From Clostridia bacterium (GTDB lineage: Bacteria; Bacillota; Clostridia; Christensenellales; UBA1242): a stretch of 64,000 bases of DNA. The DNA lies in NCBI GenBank assembly GCA_017481235.1, contig JAFUPL010000030.1, positions 578 through 64,577 on the forward strand. The letters run 5' to 3'. A program made the position numbers and the translations under genes. Position 1 is the stretch's first letter; each line of letters opens with the position of its first letter. Under the pieces are notes generated by a model that worked only from the letters and a program-made list of their open reading frames with translations, had not been told where the DNA came from and did no database searches. Below, in pieces: positions 58,622-64,000 of this stretch.

Positions 58622-59032
58622 TTAAAATATTTTTTCTTGCCTTAGTTGTAATTCGGTTACTATTTCTCTTAATTGTTGTAGTGTTAATTTTGTATCATCT
58701 TCAATTTCCCGTTCTTCTAACAACGATTGAAAATCGCTAGTAAATTTGTGTAACCATTTTTCTGGAATATAATACGCTTCACCATCTGGAATTTCACCCA
58801 CATTCATTAAAGGATAATATTTATCATTCTCAATATCTTTAAAATACTCCATTGCCGCATATTTAAATATCAACAGCTCTGGTTCAATAATTTGTGTTAT
58901 TCCCACGCTACCATTTTTGCTAACAGTTCTTTTAGCAATACAACCAACATAAACATCATGTATATTATACTTTGCTTCACCTAACTTGGTTGTTTCAATA
59001 TTAATCATTTCATTAATCAATCGTTTTTCCAT
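58622..59032 (-). CDS. tandem paralog family member P1 (136 aa), function unknown
   Basis: FKDIENDKYYP, AYYIPEKWLHKFT and LTLQQLREI motifs with an AGGAG RBS. Confidence 0.6.
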   Translation of the reverse strand: MEKRLINEMINIETTKLGEAKYNIHDVYVGCIAKRTVSKNGSVGITQIIEPELLIFKYAAMEYFKDIENDKYYPLMNVGEIPDGEAYYIPEKWLHKFTSDFQSLLEEREIEDDTKLTLQQLREIVTELQLRQEKIF

Positions 59033-59052
59033 GTATTACTCCTACGATATAT

Positions 59053-59081
59053 AGTATACATCTAATATATTGTTTTGTCAA
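59053..59081 (-). promoter_or_regulatory. sigma-A promoter of P1 (TTGACA-17-TATACT)
   Basis: Read on the minus strand, directly after the cysS terminator. Confidence 0.65.
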
Positions 59082-59103
59082 TACATAGACATCTTTAATA
59101 TAG

Positions 59104-59140
59104 TAAAAATAGACTATAGAAATACCATAGTCTATTTTAT
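59104..59140 (-). terminator. cysS intrinsic terminator
   Basis: Stem AATAGACTAT/ATAGTCTATT (10 bp) followed by a T-run on the minus strand. Confidence 0.8.
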
Positions 59141-59188
59141 TCTTTACAATATATTGTGTATATTTATTGAATAGTACACTGTTTGTGG

Positions 59189-60598
59189 TTATAACTTTTT
59201 AATTGTATATCCATCTTTGCTATCTAGTATTTGATAACCCAAAGTAGTTATCTTATTACGCAATTCATCTGCCACGGTCCAATTTTTATTAAGTTTAGCA
59301 TTCCAGCGTGCCTCTGCCATATCCTTAACTTCTTGCGGAATGTCGTCCGCCACCACTTCCGATTTTAATAAATTAAGACCTAATACTTTATCAAATTCTT
59401 TAATTAAGTACAACTTATTTTCATCACTTATATTCGCTTTTAATACATCATACAATATGGTAATAGCACGTGAGGTATTTAAATCATCTTCTAATGCTGA
59501 TTTAAAGTTATTATATAATTCTTCAGTTTCTTTATTAATTGTTATAGCATTTAATTGTTGTTCAGTAATATTTTGCTTTAATGCAACAACTTTTTCTTTT
59601 AGTTTATCATACGCAGATTTTGCAACATCAAGACGATCAAAACTAAATACAAGAGGTTTAGCATAGTGTGACATTAAGCAGAAAAATCTATATACAAGAG
59701 GACTATATCCCTTTTCCTTTAAACTATCTACTGTTACAAATCCGCCTTCGCTTTTACTCATCTTACCATTTTCGCCATTCAAGTGCTCAACGTGGAACCA
59801 GTAATTACACCACTTATGACCTAGATATGCCTCACTTTGTGCAATTTCGTTAGTATGGTGTGGGAACTTATTATCAACTCCGCCACAATGGATATCCAAA
59901 TATTCGCCTAGATACTTGCATGAAATACCACTACATTCAATATGCCAACCTGGGTAACCTACTCCCCAAGGACTATCCCATTTAAGTTCTTGGTCAGCAA
60001 ATTTTGATTTAGTAAACCATAAGGCAAAGTCCGCTTGATTACGTTTGCCATCATCTAATTCAACGCCATCACGCACTCCTACAAGCATATCATCAGCCTT
60101 ATGATTGGTTAATGTATAATAATTATCTAATTTGCTTACGTCAAAATATACATTACCGTTTGATTGATATGCATAACCCTTATCTAGCAATACTTCTATC
60201 ATATTTATATATTCATCAACGCAACTAGTAGCAGGAACAACTATTTCAGGCCATTTGATATTTAAATTAGCACAATCTTCCTTGAATTTTTCAGTATAAA
60301 ACTTAGCAATATCCAGCACTGTCTTATTTTCACGTTTAGCACCTAGAAGCATCTTGTCTTCACCCTCGTCACTGTCGCCAGTTAAATGTCCTACGTCTGT
60401 GATATTCATACATCTAACCACATTATATCCTACAAAACGAAGTGTTTTTTCCAACACATCTTCCATAATATAACTACGAAGATTGCCAATATGTGCAAAA
60501 TGATATACTGTTGGTCCACAAGTATACATCTTAACCACACCTTCTTGTACTGGTTTAAATTCTTCAATTTTACTTGTTAAACTATTATAAAATTTCAT
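59189..60598 (-). CDS. cysS: cysteinyl-tRNA synthetase
   Basis: HIGH motif (HFAHIGN), KMSKS motif (GKMSKSEGG) and Zn-ligand Cys residues. Confidence 0.97.
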   Translation of the reverse strand: MKFYNSLTSKIEEFKPVQEGVVKMYTCGPTVYHFAHIGNLRSYIMEDVLEKTLRFVGYNVVRCMNITDVGHLTGDSDEGEDKMLLGAKRENKTVLDIAKFYTEKFKEDCANLNIKWPEIVVPATSCVDEYINMIEVLLDKGYAYQSNGNVYFDVSKLDNYYTLTNHKADDMLVGVRDGVELDDGKRNQADFALWFTKSKFADQELKWDSPWGVGYPGWHIECSGISCKYLGEYLDIHCGGVDNKFPHHTNEIAQSEAYLGHKWCNYWFHVEHLNGENGKMSKSEGGFVTVDSLKEKGYSPLVYRFFCLMSHYAKPLVFSFDRLDVAKSAYDKLKEKVVALKQNITEQQLNAITINKETEELYNNFKSALEDDLNTSRAITILYDVLKANISDENKLYLIKEFDKVLGLNLLKSEVVADDIPQEVKDMAEARWNAKLNKNWTVADELRNKITTLGYQILDSKDGYTIKKL

Positions 60599-60639
60599 AT
60601 CTTACTCCTTTTTATATATGATTTTATTTAAAATTTTGC

Positions 60640-60682
60640 CTTTAAAAACAAAAATAAGTCAAGAGTCGTGTTCTCTTGACCT
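60640..60682 (-). terminator. intrinsic terminator inside the cysS 5' leader (attenuator)
   Basis: Stem GTCAAGAG/CTCTTGAC followed by TTATTTTTGTTTTT. It lies between the promoter (60780-60808) and the cysS RBS. Confidence 0.7.
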
Positions 60683-60779
60683 AATAATATTTAAATCTTG
60701 ATTGCACCACTCAAAAATGTGTACAAATAATTGTACAATTAAACTTTTAAGTTACAGCAACATTTCTTCATATATAAAT

Positions 60780-60808
60780 ATTATACCCTACTTTAATTAC
60801 AATGTCAA
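60780..60808 (-). promoter_or_regulatory. consensus sigma-A promoter of cysS (TTGACA-17-TATAAT)
   Basis: Perfect hexamers and spacing on the minus strand. About 175-nt leader. Confidence 0.7.
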
Positions 60809-60821
60809 CAAAAATTAAAAA

Positions 60822-61271
60822 TTATTTGCTAAAATTATTTTCTTGTGTATTTTCTTTAACTATTTCAGAATATTCCAATAATAGAGTTCCCATAAAAACG
60901 TGTTCTATGTTATTTATGGCTTCTTTATATTCATCAGTAAAGGTTGGACCATGTAAGTTCTTACAATCTTCACGTAAATCTACACCACTTACTCCATTAA
61001 CCATTTCTATCCACCAAGAAAGAAGTCGTGGACCTATTTTTATCTCACTTAAATATCTACTCTTTTCGACCGCAGTAAAGTTGTTTAACAATATATTCCT
61101 AATACTTATACTTGGACCAGAAAGTTTTTCCCCTATCGTTACTATGTCCAAACCTTTTGCTAAAAGTTCTTTTATTGTCAAACCTTGTACGATACCTAGT
61201 TTATAATTTCCCTCTTTATCTTTTGCCAAGCATAAAAGTTTTAAATCAACATTCTTTATTTCCTTTACCAT
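60822..61271 (-). CDS. hypothetical protein (149 aa)
   Basis: AGGAG RBS and a globular-looking composition. Preferred over the overlapping plus-strand ORF at 60802-61206. Confidence 0.55.
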   Translation of the reverse strand: MVKEIKNVDLKLLCLAKDKEGNYKLGIVQGLTIKELLAKGLDIVTIGEKLSGPSISIRNILLNNFTAVEKSRYLSEIKIGPRLLSWWIEMVNGVSGVDLREDCKNLHGPTFTDEYKEAINNIEHVFMGTLLLEYSEIVKENTQENNFSK

Positions 61272-61356
61272 GTATATCTCCTTACTTAAATAATAACATA
61301 AATTTAAGCAAAAATCAATATCTTTTGTAAATTTATCTACATATACTTTCTTATTA

Positions 61357-61381
61357 TTTGCATCTATTCGTAAAATACCAT
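61357..61381. promoter_or_regulatory. copy of TTTGCATCTATTCGTAAAATACCAT motif
   Basis: Contains the 15-mer CTATTCGTAAAATAC (61364-61378), identical to 16473-16487, and a 14-mer identical to 33354-33367. The core starts 93 nt upstream of the start codon at 61271. Confidence 0.5.
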
Positions 61382-61390
61382 TAATTATAA

Positions 61391-61419
61391 TAAAAAATAT
61401 GGTAACTTACTACCATATT
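61391..61419 (-). terminator. intrinsic terminator
   Basis: Stem ATATGGTA/TACCATAT followed by T6 on the minus strand. Confidence 0.75.
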
Positions 61420-61429
61420 TAATAAAATA

Positions 61430-61750
61430 TTATTTTGTAATAGTTAATTGTTCTTGATTTTGTACAAAAGTACACAATTCTTTATACAACGCCTCACTAA
61501 AGCGGTTGCCACTATATGGTTCATCTGCTCCAATTGAACTTATATATCTAAAAACATCTAATTGTGTTTGCCTATTATTAAACGCCTCTTGATGTTGTTC
61601 AATAAAACTTTTAGCAATGTCAATACATACATCGTTTACATATTTTTGTACACACACTCTATTAGCGCCTTTAGCAATGTAATAATCTATTAAAACCCAC
61701 ACACTTTTATCTTTTATTTCAATTAAATTTATTAATCTTTTACTATCCAT
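61430..61750 (-). CDS. hypothetical protein (106 aa)
   Basis: ORF with a weak AAGGAA RBS and an upstream TTGACT-16-TATAAT. No recognisable domain. Confidence 0.45.
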   Translation of the reverse strand: MDSKRLINLIEIKDKSVWVLIDYYIAKGANRVCVQKYVNDVCIDIAKSFIEQHQEAFNNRQTQLDVFRYISSIGADEPYSGNRFSEALYKELCTFVQNQEQLTITK

Positions 61751-61773
61751 AATTATTCCTTTTATATATTTAT

Positions 61774-61801
61774 ATTATATAATATATCTATAAAAAGTCA
61801 A
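61774..61801 (-). promoter_or_regulatory. putative promoter (TTGACT-16-TATAAT)
   Basis: Read on the minus strand, 13 nt downstream of H-element copy 4. Confidence 0.45.
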
Positions 61802-61813
61802 TACCAAATTTTT

Positions 61814-61893
61814 AACTTTTCACTCTTCATTTTTCATTTCAAAAATAATCCAACTAAGTGAAAAATGAAAAATAAAAGTGAAAAACGAAGAGT
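61814..61893. repeat. H-element copy 4: opposed heptamer arrays forming a long hairpin
   Basis: The left arm (TTTTCAC TCTTCAT TTTTCAT) pairs with the right arm (GTGAAAA ATGAAAA .. GTGAAAA ACGAAGA). The 16-position stem spans 61822-61837 and 61878-61893 with one mismatch and one G-U pair. Confidence 0.75.
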
Positions 61894-61898
61894 ATAAA

Positions 61899-61930
61899 CA
61901 AAAATCCCTATCTTACGATAAGGATTATTT
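61899..61930 (-). terminator. terminator of the six-tRNA operon
   Basis: Stem ATCCTTATC/GATAGGGAT (one mismatch) followed by TTTTTGTTT on the minus strand. Confidence 0.7.
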
Positions 61931-61935
61931 TTGTA

Positions 61936-62010
61936 TGGAGCTAGTGAAGGGAATCGAACCCCCAACCTGCTGATTACAAGTCAGCTGCTCTACCGTTGAG
62001 CCACACTAGC
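61936..62010 (-). tRNA. tRNA-Thr (anticodon TGT), CCA encoded
   Basis: Manual cloverleaf: acceptor GCTAGTG/CACTAGC, anticodon loop CTTGTAA. Confidence 0.88.
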
Positions 62011-62015
62011 ATATT

Positions 62016-62101
62016 TGGTGGGAAGAGGTGGATTCGAACCACCGAAGTCATAAGACGACGGATTTACAGTCCGTAGCATTTGGCCGCTCTGCAATCTTCC
62101 C
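62016..62101 (-). tRNA. tRNA-Tyr (anticodon GTA), class II long variable arm, CCA encoded
   Basis: Acceptor GGGAAGA/TCTTCCC, anticodon loop CTGTAAA, extra arm, T-loop GGTTCGAATCC. Confidence 0.88.
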
Positions 62102-62187
62102 ATTGGGGTTATTCGGTACTAACCCTTTGCAGATTCTCGTTTTTGAAAATCCGTTAGTGCTTTAAAATTTCGTTTCAAGGCACTTAT
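62102..62187 (-). other. 86-nt structured spacer inside the tRNA operon (three hairpins, no acceptor stem)
   Basis: Hairpins GGGTTA/TAACCC, GATT/AATC and AGTGC.TT/AAGGCACT, read directly from the sequence. The other spacers in the operon are 2-51 nt. Confidence 0.5.
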
Positions 62188-62263
62188 TGGTGCCTCGAGC
62201 CGGAATCGAACCAGCGACACAAGGATTTTCAGTCCTTTGCTCTACCGACTGAGCTATCGAGGC
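62188..62263 (-). tRNA. tRNA-Phe (anticodon GAA), CCA encoded
   Basis: Acceptor GCCTCGA/TCGAGGC, anticodon loop CTGAAAA. Confidence 0.9.
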
Positions 62264-62265
62264 AT

Positions 62266-62342
62266 TGGCGACCCGGAAGAGGCTCGAACTCTCGACCTCC
62301 AGCGTGACAGGCTGGCGCTCTAACCAACTGAGCTACCGGGCC
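62266..62342 (-). tRNA. tRNA-Asp (anticodon GTC), CCA encoded
   Basis: Acceptor GGCCCGG/CCGGGTC (one G-U pair), anticodon loop CTGTCAC. Confidence 0.9.
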
Positions 62343-62393
62343 AAGCTAAATCAGCATTATAATCTCATTTACCTACCACTTAAATAAAATAAA

Positions 62394-62470
62394 TGGTGGA
62401 CCTTCACGGACTCGAACCGCGGACCGACCGGTTATGAGCCGGTTGCTCTAACCTACTGAGCTAAAGGTCC
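62394..62470 (-). tRNA. tRNA with CAT anticodon (elongator Met or lysidine-type Ile2; not initiator)
   Basis: Acceptor GGACCTT/AAGGTCC with a paired 1:72, anticodon stem ACCGG without the GGG/CCC run, loop CTCATAA. Confidence 0.85.
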
Positions 62471-62477
62471 AAATGAG

Positions 62478-62553
62478 TGGTCGGGGTGAAGAGACTCGAA
62501 CTCCCGGCCCCATGGTCCCAAACCACGTGCGCTACCAACTGCGCTACACCCCG
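62478..62553 (-). tRNA. tRNA-Pro (anticodon TGG), CCA encoded
   Basis: Acceptor CGGGGTG/CACCCCG (C1:G72, as in bacterial tRNA-Pro), anticodon loop TTTGGGA. Confidence 0.88.
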
Positions 62554-62575
62554 CTATTCACATGCTGACTTTTAT

Positions 62576-62604
62576 ATAATACTACAAAACAAAACCAATG
62601 TCAA
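62576..62604 (-). promoter_or_regulatory. tRNA operon promoter (TTGACA-17-TATTAT) with A/T-rich upstream region
   Basis: Read on the minus strand, about 20 nt upstream of tRNA-Pro. Confidence 0.65.
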
Positions 62605-62726
62605 CTATTTTTCACAAATTTTTTAAAGTTTTTTAAAAATTTTTTATTTTTATTATTTTTAGTATTTTATTACATTATTATAGTATGAATTATTAGATTA
62701 AAATGTTTTTATTAACTTATTGTATA

Positions 62727-62759
62727 ACAAAAATCCACCAACAAGTATCAGTGGATTTT
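62727..62759 (-). terminator. intrinsic terminator
   Basis: Stem AAATCCAC/GTGGATTT followed by a T-run on the minus strand. Confidence 0.75.
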
Positions 62760-62771
62760 AATTATGTACTG

Positions 62772-63524
62772 CTAATTTTGCAAAGGTGCATTACCTTTTG
62801 TATAAAAACCTTTAAAAATTTTTCTCATAGTTTCCTTATGCTCTTCTTCCGCCTTTACCCTTTGCTTTTCGGTCATTGGAATAAATTCATCGCGGTTGTT
62901 AGTTTCAGTAATAATAGTATATGGTTCTACTAAACTTCTATTAGGTAAAAAATCCCTATAACAAGAAGGTGAAATCTTGCGTTTGTAACCACAAGTATTT
63001 TCAACACTTAATTTTGCCTTCATTGCTAATTCATAGTTTACAAGTAATGGCGTAACCACCCTTGCCACGTCTTTTTCGTCAATACTATCGCCATCAAGAG
63101 TTATATCTAGTTTTTCAAGCACTTTTTCGTCAATATCGATATTGCCTGCAAGCATATTTATAATTTTAATTAATTTAATACATTTATTTTTGTATATCTC
63201 AAATGCTTCAACCTTTAATTTATAGTCCATAGGTTTTATAGTGTATTCTTTTCTTTTTTCACTATTTACAAATTCTTCAGCAACTCTACGGCGAATAAGA
63301 CTATCTTCTAATTTATCAGCACTAATAGTACCACTAACTTCTAAATCTGGTTCAAGTTTTACACCATCTTCAATTGCCATTTGAGTTAATTGTTGTTGAA
63401 GTTCTTCCAAAGTAACATCAATTTTAGCAGTTTTACAAAACTCAACTATTTCATCAAAAGTATAGTTCCATTCTCCGCTATATTCCTTAACTGCACCAAT
63501 AATTCCGTATCTACAAGTCTTCAT
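62772..63524 (-). CDS. hypothetical protein (250 aa) downstream of spoIVA
   Basis: AAGGAG RBS and its own TTGACA-type promoter. No recognisable domain. Confidence 0.55.
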   Translation of the reverse strand: MKTCRYGIIGAVKEYSGEWNYTFDEIVEFCKTAKIDVTLEELQQQLTQMAIEDGVKLEPDLEVSGTISADKLEDSLIRRRVAEEFVNSEKRKEYTIKPMDYKLKVEAFEIYKNKCIKLIKIINMLAGNIDIDEKVLEKLDITLDGDSIDEKDVARVVTPLLVNYELAMKAKLSVENTCGYKRKISPSCYRDFLPNRSLVEPYTIITETNNRDEFIPMTEKQRVKAEEEHKETMRKIFKGFYTKGNAPLQN

Positions 63525-63630
63525 AACAATTCTCCTTAACTTGACACAAGTGTATCATATATACAATCTCTTGTCAAGTATAAATAACCAAAAAAAAGCC
63601 TAATCTAATAGACTTTTTTGTTATAACAAT

Positions 63631-63681
63631 ATAATGCGAAAGCATCCTTTATTATTCATTCTTCATTATTCACTTATCATT
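63631..63681. repeat. H-element copy 3: ATAATGCGAAAGC module + 4 heptamers
   Basis: The 13-mer is identical to 23839-23851, the 14-mer ATTCATTCTTCATT (63654-63667) is identical to copies 1 and 2, and TCA recurs at exact 7-nt spacing. The element ends 6 nt from the spoIVA stop codon. Confidence 0.8.
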
Positions 63682-63686
63682 GCATA

Positions 63687-64000
63687 TTACAATAATATGC
63701 ATAATAGTCCGCCCTTGCCCTCATTTACTATACGAGATAAAGTTTTGCGTAACTTGTTTTGCAAAGCAACTGGCATAGCGGTTAATTTGTTGTTTAGATC
63801 TTCGTTGACTAAACTCTCTAAACTTTTACCAAACATATTTGTTTGCCATATACCTTTAGGGTTATTTTCAAACTCTTTTAATAGATACTGTGCCATTTCT
63901 TCACTTTGTTGCACTCCACCCATAATTGGACTCACTTCGGTTTGAACATTAACTTTCATAATATGCAAACTTGGAGCATTTGCCTTTAATTTAACACCAC
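63687..64000 (-). CDS. spoIVA: stage IV sporulation protein A, C-terminal fragment (gene continues beyond window)
   Basis: MFGKSLESLVNEDLNNKLTAMP and the terminal IVNEGKGGLLCILL resemble the conserved SpoIVA C-terminus. The frame is open to the window edge. Confidence 0.75.
   Translation of the reverse strand, partial: GVKLKANAPSLHIMKVNVQTEVSPIMGGVQQSEEMAQYLLKEFENNPKGIWQTNMFGKSLESLVNEDLNNKLTAMPVALQNKLRKTLSRIVNEGKGGLLCILL

Noticed and set aside
60802-61206. 134-aa plus-strand ORF overlapping the 149-aa minus-strand ORF.
   Set aside because: The minus-strand ORF has an AGGAG RBS, a terminator and a globular composition. The plus-strand ORF starts inside the cysS promoter and is Ser/Leu/Phe-rich.
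62394-62470. Whether the CAT-anticodon tRNA is the initiator tRNA-fMet.
   Set aside because: Positions 1:72 are base-paired and the anticodon stem lacks the three consecutive G-C pairs. It is therefore elongator Met or Ile2, and I cannot distinguish these by eye.
63634-63945. 103-aa plus-strand ORF starting at the ATG within ATAATGCGAAAGC.
   Set aside because: It is antisense to the conserved spoIVA C-terminus. The same ATG in the rny copy is followed by a stop after 5 codons, so the start codon belongs to the repeat and not to a gene.

Overview
This is a 64 kb chromosomal window from a very AT-rich, endospore-forming Firmicute (Clostridia- or Erysipelotrichia-like). The standard code 11 fits, and genes are tightly packed. 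From about 22 kb onward almost every gene is on the minus strand.

Most content is core housekeeping:
- DNA repair and replication: miaB-mutS-mutL-miaA, lexA with a Cheo-type SOS box, smc, ligA, pcrA.
- Translation and RNA: serS, cysS, rpsU, an S1-domain protein, rny, rnhA, thiI plus a cysteine desulfurase, rluB and an RluA-family synthase. There are also 8 tRNA genes, 6 of them in one operon.
- Envelope: a class A PBP, a DacB-like and a VanY-like carboxypeptidase, plsC.
- Sporulation: spoIIAA-spoIIAB-sigF, spoVAC-AD-AE, yunB, ytfJ/gerW, and the spoIVA 3' end.

I see no CRISPR array, prophage, transposase or recognisable defence operon.

The unusual signal is mostly non-coding:
1. A mosaic family of 110-190 bp multi-hairpin, inverted-repeat elements sits inside normally tight operons (desulfurase-thiI, spoVAC-spoVAD, spoIIAA-spoIIAB).
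2. A second terminal-inverted-repeat element family has two copies.
3. A conserved module, ATAATGCGAAAGC plus 7-nt-period TTCAYNN arrays, abuts the stop codons of rny, pcrA and spoIVA.
4. A 15-nt motif, CTATTCGTAAAATAC, recurs upstream of three genes, once as a perfect 11-bp inverted repeat.

Coding oddities:
- Four tandem paralogs of an unrecognised small-protein family lie between cysS and spoIIA.
- An ABC exporter-like protein next to lexA has every ATPase motif degenerate.
- A PLD/cardiolipin-synthase-like protein has lost both HKD motifs.
- A PadR regulator is membrane-anchored.
- A secreted Asn/Asp-rich protein carries a Gly-Tyr block.

All calls come from reading the sequence and ORF translations. 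No database search was run, and RNA or motif coordinates may be off by a few nt.
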